Positions 29,284-43,900 of a DNA stretch of 64,000 nt are shown one piece after another. The DNA is from Mytilus trossulus (taxonomy: Eukaryota), in contig NC_086376.1 of the NCBI RefSeq assembly GCF_036588685.1, positions 58,218,001-58,282,000 of the forward strand, given 5' to 3'. The stretch's first letter is position 1; the number at the start of each line of letters is the position of its first letter. A program made the translations under genes and the position numbers. The notes under the pieces are model-generated. The model searched no databases and was not told the origin of the DNA. It saw only the letters and a program-made list of their open reading frames with translations.

Positions 29284-30505
29284 TGTATATGTTACAGGCG
29301 TTTTCTAAATTTAGGCATTTTGTAAAATGACTGAATTTTCAGGCAGTTTACAAAATGCCTAATCTTGACAGGCATTATACAAAATGACTAAAATTACCTA
29401 GTCATTTTGTAAAATGACTGAAATTTTTAAACAATATTCCACAAATTGCCTGTTCAGTTTTGTATAAAAAAGATATCATATCTGTATTAAGTTACTGAGC
29501 GTCACTGATGAGTCTTGTGTATACGAAACGCGCGTCTGGCGTACTAAATTATAATTCTGGTACTTTTGATAACCATTTACTAGTAGTAAACTTATCATTA
29601 TGTTGTCAAAACGACAGAAGGACAAATTGTTCTTTTAATAGAATAGCATTTACAATGAATTTTTAGAACATCTAGATTTAAAATAGTGATTTGAAACATA
29701 TGAAGCAGGGAAAACGTTTGTTTATATTTGACTGATTGATGTTTGTTTGTTTCAGTGGCGAATATTTCATGCATTTTTAAAGAAGAAAACCGTTTGGTTA
29801 TAATTCATATTGACTATTTCTGCAGTGGATTGACATGGGTAAAGAACATGAAATCTAACTGCCGCTTGCTTTTGAAATAACGGTGTTTTGGATAGGGACA
29901 AAAAATCCAATTGAAAATGGTCTTAGAGTTCTCAATGTGCAGAGCGTGCTGCAATTTACTGACATGCGGCAATATATTTAATGTTCCCATTCAGAAAGAA
30001 TGAGAATTTATACCTCCACAAACAAACTTATTCATCTCTTTAGCATGGGTTTTGCCATTCAAGGTCCTTTTTTTTGTTGTGATTCAAATATAAGTATCTG
30101 AGTTTCAATAAAAAGAACATATTATTTGTCAGACTTACTACCGGAAGGAAATTTGTGGGTCTTTGCAATCTGATAAATTAACAAAACAGTAGTTAACTGT
30201 CAAAAATCTTAAAATTCGCAAAAAAAACCCAGATTTTACGACAAAAAAAGTATTTGCCAAAAATCAGGACAAATATTGTGTAACAGTTCAGTTCTGTCAT
30301 CCATTTTTTCAACATTTTATTTTATTAAACAAATTTCAGGCATTTTGTGAAATGCCTTTCAATTTTTCTAGGCATTTTGTAAAATGCCTAGAAAAATTAG
30401 GCATTATGTAAAATGACTGAATCTTGCAGGCATTTTAGAAAATGCCTAAAATTCTCAGGCATTTTACAAAATGCCTAAATTTAGAAAATGCCTGTAACAT
30501 ATACA
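29284..30505. mobile_element. MITE with ~46-bp TIRs and subterminal palindromic arrays
   Basis: TGTATATGTTACAGGC.TTTTCTAAATTTAGGCATTTTGTAAAATG inverted at both ends; repeated AGGCATTTTGTAAAATGCCT palindromes. Confidence 0.85.
29499..29542 (+). ncRNA. Type I hammerhead ribozyme (family L), one stem II mismatch, nested in a MITE
   Basis: GCGTCA CTGATGA GTCT tgtgt ATAC GAAA CGCGCG TC TGGCGT. Confidence 0.75.
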
Positions 30506-32004
30506 GAAACTTTTCTTAATAGGAAAGGACATGAAGAAGAAAAATTAGCATTGCTTCTTTAATACTAGTATATAGACATACGCGAATGTTTTATAATTTG
30601 ACAATATTAAAAGAACATCAAACCCGTCGTTCTTTATCGGCATGTAAACCAAACAACTTCAGAAAAAACATATAAAAATGTTGAACAACCGATAAAACCA
30701 AAAAGAAAAATCCCTACCGGACAATAATTCAGACCTTTGTATGAAAGAGACACATCCCTTTTTAAAAATGATTTAAAAAAAAATATTATATAATATCAAT
30801 TTATATGTATTATAATGCCAGCAGCAAGTACATTGAACGGTGTTTTTACTGAATACAACCTAAGATTCGACTTAAATCACGGGACTGTTGATTTATCTAG
30901 TATGCATTCTTTTTAAAATTTCTCTTTTTGATGTATTCAGAATCATTTAAAATGTTCCATAGTTTATAAATTTATTTTTTGTGTCACAGTCAATAAAAGA
31001 GAAATTGACTAAAATTCGATTTGCAATTGATGAAAACAGTCTATTGTATGCAAGGAATATTGCAACTTGTATAAATAAAGGTAGCTTTTTATTCAATATT
31101 ACTGAATATTATATCTATTTTTAACAGTTTTTATTGTAATTCCTCATTTGATGTTTACAAATATATGATAAAACATCTGAAATTTGATTATTTGAGGATT
31201 GAAATCAATGTCAATACCTTTGAATCATTTTAACTTACGTCGGTAACGGCTGTTATTTGAGGCTAAATGTTGAAAGTGTTATTTATTTATTTTATTTACT
31301 ACAAATTCTTGTTCGGCATGGCAGCCCAGAATAACTTTATAATGTTTTAATTGGCAAACATACAAACACTTTTTCTTAAAGTATTATTTGACAACATTAT
31401 GATCAGGATTAATCTATGCAGTATCTATTGGGAATACATCTATGAAACTTAAAATTCACATAATTAATTTTTTTTCAATTTATTAGAGCCAGGTTTTCCA
31501 ACAGAAATGCTTGATGTTATTGAACATGTTTTGTTTTATTGTTTTTCTTCAAGAAAATTATTCAATGCTTCAATATTTATTTCAAAATTTATGTCTCTAG
31601 TTTTCTTTGTTATCTTTTGTGTACTGTTGCTTGTCTGTTTGTCTTTGTTTTTTTAAGTCATGTGTTTTTCTGTTTATTTTAGACTTAAGAGTTTGAATGT
31701 CCCTTTGATATATTTGGTCTCTCATTTATCTGCATAACATTTTTACCATAATAGTTTGAACTGTCTTATGAGGTTTTTTTTATAATTTTTATTTTTTTAT
31801 CTATTTGGCAGCATACAATTTTCAATTTATGCATTAAACATAAAATTATCGTCATTTGCTTAAGGTTTATAATTTTAATGCAATGATACTAGTAATTAAA
31901 TTTCTGCAGGTTTCTAAAACTATTGAATTATATACTATTGCAGGAATTAAGTATAAAAGTTTTAATAAGTCAATCACCTAGAAAGATCAGGGGAGATAAT
32001 ATCA

Positions 32005-32780
32005 GATTATTACATGGCATTTTTCATATCGCATGTATTATCAGCCCTAGGTTTAATATCAGCCCAAGAGCCGCATGGCTCGAGAGCTGATATCGACCGA
32101 GGGCTGATAATACATACGATATGAAAAATGACATGTTATGATCTTTTTATCATATGCTTCAACAGTAAAGAAAAATGACAGACAAAGGTATAAATCCTTT
32201 CACGTGTTTCCCGAAGTTTAACTGAGAGTAAAAACGTTCACGGACGTCGGACCCAAAATTTGATACATTCAATATGAAAATTTTCTATCATATGCCTCAA
32301 CAGAGAGAAAAACAAAACAACAGTTTAATATATACGAATCGACAAAAAGAATTAATTCAACAATATACATAATTATGAACATTAATTGGATAAGTATTTT
32401 TTTTAAAGAAACTTTCTAAATTATGTTTCAGAAAAAAATAAAAAATGCATTTATTTAAATTTTTTTTATTTTTTATTTTTTTTTTATTATTTTTATTATT
32501 TTACACGATATACTTTCCATTATAATTGTTTTATACACTGCTTTGTACTGTTTTCACTGAAAACGTAGCATTGAAGTGTATTTTCCGGAATTGGCCGAGT
32601 ATCACCGGAATGACATGTGATAACGTTACGGAAGGGCATGTGATAACAATCGAAGCATGTGATAAACTTTTCATATCAGCCCGCTAAGCACCAATTCGAA
32701 AAATATGAAATTTACGTCAATTTAATGCTTTTATCATACGGAAAAATTTATATGTTATTTAGTCTAAGTATATGATAAAT
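32005..32780. mobile_element. Non-autonomous element with a ~140-bp terminal hairpin and a second inverted repeat pair
   Basis: Hairpin 32005-32143 centred on GAGCC-gcat-GGCTC; TTTATCATATGCTT (~32146) vs AAGTATATGATAAA (~32766). Confidence 0.6.
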
Positions 32781-35124
32781 AACTATATCAAACTGTTTAA
32801 CGTGTGTATGCCAGCTAACCATTTTCTATTTAGCACTTCTTTTATCTAAACAACTTTGAATTATGCGGCAATAAAAAGTTTCGATAAATATTTTGTTTGT
32901 ATAAATAAACATTATTATTGTTTATTATGAATCCGTGTGATTTTTTCATTTCAATAAATATGACCAATAACCTTTGGTAACAGCAAGAAGGAATGATGTT
33001 TTCTTAGGGGATTGGAGTGATAATTTGCCGGTGAGGAAATCGAAAGTAAAACCACAAAAGTTGGTGTCATTCTGAAAAGTAATATAAAGAAAAAGGAATC
33101 AACATGTCGCTTCTTAGTGGTCATTCCCTACAACTACAGTTTCTATTATGAGCAACTATTGTAGTATTCACATAGCTTGGTATATCTTATTGTTATCCTG
33201 CTTCTTCTTTGTAGGTTTTAATTTTTTCGGTTAGGGTAAGTGATTTTGCAAGTTCTTATATCAATACTTAGTATTTGTCATTCGTTAAGAGAGGGACGAA
33301 AGATACCAACAAGACATCCAAACTCATCATTTGTAAACAAAATGAAAACGCCATGGCAAGAAACAAAACAAAAACGTTAAAAAAAACAGCATACGAAACA
33401 CAATATAGAAAACTAAATTTTGAGCATCTCGAACCCTACTAAAAACGGTGGTGGTTTCTGGTTTTCCAGAGGGGAAAGCAGTTTTAATCTACATACAACA
33501 CATATCGCTTTCCTCCTATAAAATACATTGATAAGTTCAATTGATAATGCATGACATTATAGTTGATTGATTTTTACGCTTATCTAAACCCTAGACATCA
33601 CAAAATTAATAAACTATCGGTAAAGTTAAAAGCCGTAAAAAGTCATACCTTGAAACTTGACAGACTATAAAAAAAATTAGGATAGAAACACAGTTTTTTG
33701 ATAAACAAATGTCGAATAAACAAAGATTTTAGAAAACGACATACAAAAATGAAACCGAACTTATAAGTCCACACATCATGGATTCAAATAATATCACTAG
33801 CAAATATATGCCAGGCATCCATTATGAGTTTTGACATATATGTTTGGTCTATGAATGTATGTTACATTTATGTTTATGTCAATAACGGAGGAAAATATAT
33901 CATCTTATTCCGTTTGTCGTTTAAAATGAACATCAAATTTTCGCTACGATCGCAGTGAATTTTATTTTTTAAGTCAAATAAGAGTTTTTGATAAAAAAAA
34001 AATTACAAAAACGTGTTAACGCATATCATACATAATTAATGAAATACACGTAGTTGACTTGCCAAACAAAGTAAAGTGTCTCTAAAGTTTAAGCAATGTA
34101 TGTAAATCGATACGTTTGAGTTGGGTATCTGAATAAGGTTAAGGTAAAGGAATTGAGATAAGAATATACTCAATAACTAAGGAAACATGCATTAATTAAC
34201 AGTAATGATGACAATATAAATAGTCCATATTTCAGATGTATGAAAAAAGGCGTTGGATTATTTACTAGGTACGCAAAAAATAAATACACTCGCATACTTT
34301 TTTATTGATCTTGATCAAAATACTTAATAAATGTTAAGATTGTCTATCAACACAAACAGAAAACGTAATTGTTAAAATAAAAAAACAACTTTCAAAAGGG
34401 TGATCAAATTCAAATTCAATCTTTTCCATCACTTGATTGGTATTAATATACTGATATACTACGGAAACTGTACGAAATGGGTTTCGAATACAAAAGAAAA
34501 GAAACATTTCCTTTTCTTGTGCGATTCCCTCAGTGTTGTGTGTGTTACTTTGAGTTGTCTCAGTTGTAAACAATCATAAACTACTACTGCCATACATTTC
34601 ATTAACAAAATGTGTAAATGCCTACACAAGCATCTCACTTCTTGTCATGTTTAGTTGCCAAATTTTTTTTTAAATGATGAAGTAAATGACTCGTACAATT
34701 TTAAAGTACACGTAATCTTTTTTGATACTACCTGCATATAATTGTTAACTTTATTTCTGCATTTGTCGTTTTGATACGTCTATAACTAAAACATAAAAGA
34801 CTTCAACTCAAGTAGTTAAAGAACTTGTTTTATACAATATCATACAACAACGAAAAGCAATATTAGAATCATAAAAATCATATTTTAAGTCATGTAATTT
34901 GAATGTTACCGAAATTATCAAAGCAATGCAGGCGTATATTCTTAACTAAGTCGTGTATTGATTTTGTTATATTTAGTTATCAGTTATCATTTTGAATTTT
35001 TGAAATTCTAAGACTTTTCTACCTCAGGCATAGATTACCGTAGCTTTATTTGGCAAATCTTTTTAGTTCTCAATGCTTTTCAACTTTGTACTATATTTGG
35101 CCTTTCTAACTTTTTTGGATTCGA

Positions 35125-35168
35125 GCGTCACTGATGAGTCTTTTGTAGACGAAACTCGCGACTGGCGT
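35125..35168 (+). ncRNA. Hammerhead ribozyme (family L), probably inactive
   Basis: Core and stem II intact, but GAAA CTCGCG AC: the conserved U of the cleavage triplet is changed to A; within fragment ~35000-35205. Confidence 0.65.
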
Positions 35169-35904
35169 ATATACAAAATTTAGTCCTGGTTTCTATTATG
35201 AGTTAATTTACTGCTATTTAATTTTCATTGCACGTTTGTTCATTTCCTTCCATTGCGGTTATATCTAGCAATTGTATTGTGCGGTGACCGACGTTTCAAG
35301 GATTTGTAGTTAACAATTGAACAGATACCTGCCAAGATTTCACTCTCATTAAAACACTGGCAATGTTTACACGGCAATAAGCATGCATGTGTTTTCTTTA
35401 TACATATTTGTGATTGATGAGGTGTGCCAACAACAAATGCCAAATTGCGAGGCAGCCTATTGAATATATGACAAAACAATGTTTATGTGTCTTATCATGT
35501 TTTATCCTTTTTTACACGGATCCTGTTGTATTGATAGAACACAAAGAGAGTATTTCATCATTAAATAATTAAACTAGGTGTCAATAGTTTCTAATTCAAT
35601 GGTTGTCTTTTGAGCAAGTCTTATTGTATTGTTTAAAGTTAGAGATGGTTAGTTTTTCATGTTTGTATTGTTTCACATTTTCTATATGTGAGCCTTTTAT
35701 TGCTAAGTTTAAGTTTGTAGTTTTCTCATTGTTGAAGACCAAAAAGTAACATCTAAATCCCTCTATTTTCGTAATTCATTTAAACTCTGGTATGTTCCTA
35801 TTGGCAATCAAACCGCTTCTTATAATTTACATAGATAAATTTCTGATGTTGTTTATGTGAGAGTGACCGTGATTTTGTACACGTATTTTGCTTATTTAGA
35901 CTAA

Positions 35905-36033
35905 GTTGACATCTAATTAAAATATCTCACTATTTCATATTTTAATCTAATTTATATATTTTAACAGTTCACATCTAATTAAAATATCTCACTATTTCAT
36001 ATTTTAATCTAATTTATATATTTTAACAGTTCA
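35905..36033. repeat. 62-bp tandem duplication
   Basis: ACATCTAATTAAAATATCTCACTATTTCATATTTTAATCTAATTTATATATTTTAACAGTT repeated twice. Confidence 0.85.
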
Positions 36034-39000
36034 TTTGCATTTTATAATACTTTTTATTATCTGATTAGATAGTTCCTACGTATATAGATATTTCCTACTG
36101 TGGTTTTCAAAATATAATCGTACGAAAACTTTAATAGTCAAAGTAGGTAAAGAAATCAACATTTGAATGCTGCACATGTTTTAACATAGATTTTGTTTTC
36201 ATAAAATAGAGGGCATTTCTATACTCCAATTTCATTACAGGACCAATTTCCTAAACGTAATTTTCAAAAGACGGTTTTGTTTCTTGTAATTTTTTTAATA
36301 TGATATAATTTAATCAACGAAAGAGCATTACAAAACTAAACACATAAGAATTATCTAGAAAGCGAACACAAAGAAGAGTAGGCAAATAGAAAAGACAAAC
36401 CAATCTGAATCACTATTGGTTTTCAGTTTTTTCGTGTTTCTTAGTCTTTAATTTGTACGCAAAGTTTGTACAAAACAAGTACAAAGTCGAAGAGGACTGA
36501 GGACCAAAAGTTTTAAAGAGTTGTGCCAATACAGCTAAAGTTATCTGTATTGTATAAGAAAATCCTTAGTATCAAGGATAATTCATACATTTTCAAACAG
36601 TAAATTTATAAAAATGACTATATACTAAATATAAATGTTAACACAGAAGTACATCGACAATTGTGTAAATTGCATTCAACGAAAACACTGTAATATTAGA
36701 TTGATTTTACAAGAGACAACAAAAAAGGTATACCCATGAATGTTCGGCTCTCATTTAGCAACCCACTCCCTTCCCACGATCCCCTACCCCCAAAACCACA
36801 CACACACACACCGTAAACAACAAAAAGATGCAAGTTTCAAAGTAAAACAAAATTGTATAACAGATCATTAGATGAAGTTATTGTATTACAGTCATTCTAG
36901 TCATACAATGTAGTAAAATTTCATCAATTATACCAAACGTACATTTGATACCTCAGATGATAGTTTCTCCTACATAAAACCCATTAGTTTTGCTAAAATC
37001 AGTACAATCTAATAGTTTACACGAGACAGCTTTTAAAAAAAAATAACAATGTGGCGTTACGGGCAACATCATGATATTTGCTATATATTCTACGAAGAAC
37101 AATCAGGCAAAAAACATTTTACACGGTACACATGTAAGAACTTTCAAATGGATAAACAGTATTCGCTGACTCGAAAAAAGGACTGCGGAGGAGCCGTTTT
37201 TTTGACTGCCGGAGAACTCGAGCAAGACTTTTTGTGATAAGATAAAGATGGTATGAATCCATTATTATATGACCAAACTAAGTAAGTTGAAAATGAGGCC
37301 CTTGTATACATTAAGTATCCCCAAAATTATTCCGAGACAGAGATAGTGCGTGAAATATAATGAAGTATAAACAGTATTGTTTTTTTTGTTGCTACGACTT
37401 GTACACCACAAAGTATCAGATGTTAACATCTGAATGTATTCTAAACACCAGTGACTAAACGGCAACCTCTAGATATTTTCGTGTGTGTAATGTGAGAACA
37501 GTGATATAATATTGTATATAACAGTATCTAAAAGAAGTCAAACCACCAAAATACTGAACTCTAAGCAAAATTCAAAACTGACTGTCTTTCAATGCCTTCA
37601 TTTGATGATTTGACTACGTATAGTACAAGTTGTATCATCGGAATACTAGAATCAGAGATACCTATGATTTTTAAATACGTAGATATAACTGTTTTAAATG
37701 ATAGGAGTACTGATTTAAACACATATATAAAAACTTGTCATTGAAGAGAAATACACAAGTAAAATGTATTATAACAATATAAACGAACTTTTTTAAAATG
37801 TCATCTCTTCTTGCTATTTATAATATCTATACCTCTAATAAGCATTAGTATGCCGATTATTGTTTCACTTCTGTATTCGTACTGTGAAACACAAATGTAT
37901 TAATGCTGTAATAAAAGATGAGTAAAATGCATTTGCATAGGTTTCGAAAAACAAAATAATGCAATGATTCGATGGATTTAACGAAATGTCAAATAGAAGG
38001 TTATTTTTCATTTTCCGAATCAGACAAAGTGTTCGTTTTTAAATGTAGATATGCATTAAAAGGTCATCTCGCCAATTTAAGTTTAAGGGTTATTTTTGTT
38101 TATTTATTATTTGTATTCCTTTTTCTTCTTTTTGATGTATCCAGATGTTTTTAAAGGTTTCTCTTGTGTTCTTAAACTGTATCAATGTTGGAAAATTTAA
38201 TAATCTAGAAGATGATTAAACTGTCTCTGTTTTGAAATGATTCTATTCTCCAGAAAATGAATGCAATAGTAAAATTTCATTCAAATTATGTAGACGTTTA
38301 GTTAATATTTTTTCATGATTTAATTATTTAAAAAGTCATCATTGTAAATCCTTATTTGATTTTTACAATTATTTAAAGTATACATTTAAAGTTTGGTAGT
38401 CATGCTGTTATCGTAAATGATCGTAAATCATATGAAAAGAAATTGATAAATGTGAAAAATTTGTTTCCATAAAATGATATTTTAATTAACCTCTAGCAGT
38501 AAAGAGTGCAACTTTCTAACTAAGTTTCCTTTAGTAACTGACTATTTTTTGAGTAATATGAAATCAAATTTAAAAAAACCTATACATATGTCTTTTATAG
38601 GCTAGTTTTTAATATAAAACTTATGTATATATATTATTTTCTCAAGAAAACTATGATTTGTCCAAATTAAGAAGAATTTACTTTTTTGTTTAATTTGTAT
38701 GCTTCCAGTAAACAATTCGCCGATATGTTTTACGTATGCAGTGAACTCAGTGTGACCTTTCACGTAAAATTCAGGTGAACGCTATACGCATGGATCTGTC
38801 ATTGCACACTTCTATTATCATATTGTACATGTTATACGCGTTCTCAATATACATGCTACATTGTTGATAGTTTACAATAAGATGACAATCGGTAAACAAC
38901 GGCTTTAAAACACGACAATTAATTAGCTACCATATTTTCACATCATAACAGACCGAGAGATTTATTTCTTTTACGCTCATACAATTTGAATGCGTAAAAA

Positions 39001-40928
39001 AATGAGCAAATCGTGTGTATAAGACTAAGTTAATGATATATTCATTCATCGATTCAAGAATTTGATAAACATTATTTTTCACTAGTCACTCGTTTCATAT
39101 GACTTACGTATTTTATTTTTTGTTTAATCCCCGCATTTTATGTAGTTGTGATTATAACAGCATCATGAATAAAGATGGCTCAACGTACGTTTATTTTATT
39201 AATTGCGCATTTGTTTTTCTATCAACAAATATGAAGTATTAAATAGTAAGATGATGTTGTATGATTGTATAAGAGACAATTGTGCAACATAGACTAAAAT
39301 TGGCATTCCTTCTAAAGCACAATGAAATGCTTTCAGAGTAAAAGTCATAGTTTAAGTCTGGAATTTCAAATTTGTTTGATACTACAGTTAATCTAGGTGT
39401 TACAAAGCGTGTGAAAATTTGTTATGTGTAGAATATCGTTTGGAAATACTTACTTTTATAACCCCTTCAGAATGGAAGTGGAGAATATGCCAAAGAGAAA
39501 ACAACCCTACCAGTGAGAAGATAACAGCCAAAGGCCGTCAATGGGTCTTAAAGCCTTGAGTAAATCCTGCACCAGAAGGTGGGCCTCATCAGGCCCTTCA
39601 GTGAAAATGTGTACTAGTTCAGTGAAAATGTGTACTAGTTCAGTGAAATGAACGTCATACTAAACTCTATAACATATAACTGAACTAAAATTATAAAACT
39701 TCCAAAACTAACGAAGGCCAGAGGATCCTGACAGATGATGTCGATACGGTTTAAATTGTTGATTTGTATTTACCTTAAACCGTTGTATAGATGTAGACTG
39801 TTTTGCACTTATTTGAGTGGGTTTATTTTAAGCATTTATAAAGTATATGACATGTTGATTTGAATATTGATTAATCACGTGTATGAAAAGTTAAATACCT
39901 GTCATCTATTTAAAGACTGTCGATTTACATATTTACTCTTCCGGAAAAAAGTGGGATGAGGTATAACTATATCAAACGGTTTAAAGTGTCATTGCCAATC
40001 AAATATGTATTTTAAAAATCACCTATATTTGTGAGGGTTGATGAAAAACGATATATTTTAGAAGCTTCTAATCATAAAACTTTGATTTTTATGTTATTTG
40101 GACATATATTGTAAGTATTTTTTCAAGTAGTTTTTTTAATGAAGATGAACAATATATATTTTTTTTAACAATGAAATATTTTTAACTAAGTTAAATATCA
40201 AAATTTTGTTAGTTGAAAGTGTCTTCTTGATATTTATATCTTGGTTAATTTCAAAAACATTAATCACCGGTAAATTTTTGTTTTTTGTTTTGTTTTATAA
40301 TCATTTGGATTCACAATCACTGAGTTCTTATTATTGAAATGCTATAATATTATCCTTGTTTTATCTTTAATATCAGGTTAGTTATAATTAGTAAAAGCAT
40401 TAATACATGATATTTGTTGATAACTGAATCATTAGTCCTTTCATTTGACGTTCTAGAGTAGTTTGAATGGTACTTCATTATGCTCTCTGAAACAACATTT
40501 TAACAATAACAAATTAAAATAGAATCTTTTAAAAAAAAATAAACGTTATATCAAACAACATAGTTTGTTAAGATGGCCGACCTGTTAAAAGCAAGAAAAT
40601 TAAAATGACACAAGCAAAAATACATTTTATAGGAAAGTAAATCAATCTAGAAGTCATTAAAATAAAGGAATATATCACAATAAAACTCCTAAACCCTTGT
40701 TTCGGCTTTATTTTATTTTTGCCTCATAAGCACTTAACCGTGTTTTGATTATTAAATATTTAGACCTCTAGCATCGGTCAAGAAACATATAATTTCTTGA
40801 AATTGGAATACACTGCAGTAAAAAATGAACGATTAGTTTGGGAAAAATAGGAATAGACATACGGTTAATTTTGCTATTGTTGTTTAAATATTCTAAATAT
40901 ATTGAAAACAACACGTTATTAATTTCTT

Positions 40929-40970
40929 GCGTCCGAAGCGCTTTTCTGGATTTACCTTCATCAGGAACGC
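40929..40970 (-). ncRNA. Minimal type I hammerhead ribozyme (third family)
   Basis: Minus strand: GCGTTC-CTGATGA-aGG taaat CCa-GAAA-A gcgc T-TC^-GGACGC; weak stem II. Confidence 0.7.
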
Positions 40971-43900
40971 TCAAAGCCAAACATAAGTGCCCACAATTTG
41001 TTTCTCATTTATTTTTCGACTTTTAAAAAAAAAATTAACAGAGTTTTTTTTTTTCTTATTCATAAACTTTTTGAAATTCACCAACGTCTTCAGTTCACAA
41101 AATGTGAACACTTTCCAAAATTATTTTGCTCTTTCGAAAATGTATGTTCAGTAAAGAGGGCAAATGCAGTGAGAGATATGTAACATTTTACTCAGACTAA
41201 TCAATTAGACATTTTACAGTTATCAATACGAATCTTAATTTGAAATATTATTTAACCTTCAATGGATCTTGATTACAAATGCCTATTGAATATTTTTTTA
41301 AATTAAAGTATTAAAATTTTAACCACTAAATACCAATCCCGTTGTGAATTTACATTCTTTATGGGTTTTTTTCATCATTTTCCCCATGTCATCATGGCAA
41401 ATTATGCTTTTTTAATTTAACCTTGGTATTTTTATTCTCTTTACAATAAACGTCTGAGATTTTGATAAATGAGCATAAGGTTAAAATCTACGTGTTTCAA
41501 TATCGGTGATTAATACTGAGAATTGACAATACAGGAGTGTAAATGATATTGTTGTTTTTAAAAAGCATTGTTCAAAATAGGATAAAGGCAATTAGTTGAT
41601 TGTACTTTCAATAATCTTTGTGTATACAAATATAAATAAACACACACGAAACCTTCTTTAATGAAGCATTGCATTAAGATTACAGTTTCTCAAAATATGT
41701 CATTGTGTGAACCAATAAGTTTGTTTTTTGTGTATTTAAAAAAGGATCAAACAAATGGACTGCGTTTAATGTTGAAATGATTACTGTTGGGATATTTGCA
41801 CGAATCAGGATTTAAGATAACATTATAAATATTCATATTTCGTAAGTATGCAAACGACGTGGGATTATTGATATGGTGTGGAAAATTAATATACCGGCTA
41901 TCAAATATGTTTACATAACAGAGAATATCAAACTTTATAGATGTGGTTTTAAAAAGTTAAATAGTTTGAAAAATAATCCATCATAAGAAGTAGACGGTTT
42001 TAATTGTAAAAATAAACATTGGTCCTGTGGGTGAAGAATTCTTCACTTACTACAACTTTAAAATAAGGATTAAGCGGCTGTCGTCTCGAAGTGAGTTTAT
42101 ACGGAAGGGATGTTTAGTTCAAAGGTCTAGGAATATAACCCCACATATCTTCCCTGTAATTAACGATGACTACGTTATGTACTTACTGGACTCCTGTCGC
42201 AATGACATTTTTCGTTACTTTTTTCAAAAAGAGTAACGACACTTCAAATGCAAAAAAATATCATTAACTAATGCTCGATGTTCCAGCCTTAATTTTCTGA
42301 TATCCTGACAGTAGATTTGATATTTATGACACATTTACGAAAAGCCAAATGCTAATGATACTCTTTAGATACTTTTAATTTGTGTACCTCAAAATCACAT
42401 TGTAAAATTTTGATAAAAAAGTGATTACAAAAATATCGAATCACTAGTTAAATTCAAAAAGGGTAGCAAATAAAAACTAACATAATCAGACAACTGTCAT
42501 ATTACCGAATTAGTATAGACATTTTTCATTGACGTTTAGTTAGTTAGCTAGATAAACTTCCTATTTGTATTTAAGTTATATATTACAAAACAAAAACATG
42601 ATAGCTAGATGCATAAATCCCGAACTATGGCAAAAGACATAGGACACAAAGGAATATTATAACACACAGAGAAAGCTGTTTAGTAGATACAATATGCACA
42701 TTTTTGAATAAAAGGCCTTCTAATAAGATGTTTTCTTAACCAAAATTATAGAATCATAAGTATCAATTTATCAATCAATATTTGATATTTCATTGCTTAT
42801 TTGAAAGTTAAAATTGGACGATAATTTTTTGATTGGATTGAAATCGCCAACATTTTTTTTTAAATTTTCCAATAACGTTCATATATAGATGTGTATACTT
42901 GGGGGGAATTATCAATTGTTATCTTGTTTTATTTCCTAGTTTTTTTTTGTTTGTTTTTTTATGTTAGAATGAATCTAAATTACGTTTGTTTTTTTATTTA
43001 TGATTTCCTATTATTGTTTCATTTTTACAATATTTTATGAAATAATGATAACACTTTACAAATTTGGTATGGCTAAGTTCTTTTCTTGATTACCTACATC
43101 AAAAAAGTGAAAACCAATGTTGTATGAAAACATAGATACTTGAGGACCTAAATGGCAAAAGGGGACGAACATACAAAGAATGGATAAAGCAATCGACGTT
43201 TGTCGTGGGAGCTGAAAACTCTGATAGTTTCCAAAATTATCGACATAGTTGTTTATGGATATATTATGAAATAGAGAATGGACGCGAGGAATGTTTCAAA
43301 GAGTCAACAATCCTACCAAGGAACAGAAAACATCCCAAGATCACCAGGTTCAACATAGCGAAAAATCCCCCGCATACTTTTTAAAATACTTTCACCTTGT
43401 TTGAACATTGTATTGGTACTTCGGTCCAACACATATATTATGCAATACCAAGACTTTTTATAGTAGTATGATTTATGTCGTGTTTTAATATAGATATAGC
43501 CATACAATCCAGTTGATAACGATAGTTCTGCACTCGAGACAGTTCAATTTTCAAACTCCATATTTGACTATCGGGAGTATATAAATATTGTAGTAAACGG
43601 GGTCAAGTGGTAGAAACGTTATCTCTTTTGATCTTATGGAAAATGCTGAGTGGATTGCTCCGAATTGATACGGCGGCAAAAAAAAATCGAGACAAAATTA
43701 ATTAACGTGTGGTTGATCAAAAATTATATAACACTTCAGCATCGGTTTTAGTTTCAGTCAAAATTACATAATTTCATGTCGATTTGAAATGATAGATATT
43801 ATTCAACATTTTTCGAAAATGAAACATAATTTTGGTATTTGTACGACATCTGTTTAGTTTAGGTACAAGACATAATGTTTGAAATCAAATATTAATTTAA

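Noticed and set aside
33148-33235. Signal-peptide-like MSNYCSIHIAWYILLLSCFFFVG near a gtaagt donor
   Set aside because: An in-frame TAG precedes the good donor and no partner exons were found.
34334-34573. 79-aa minus-strand ORF
   Set aside because: Non-ATG start, no motif and no convincing splice sites.
37053-37169. GVTGNIMIFAIY resembling GPCR TM1
   Set aside because: No following TM2 motif and the frame closes quickly; likely chance.
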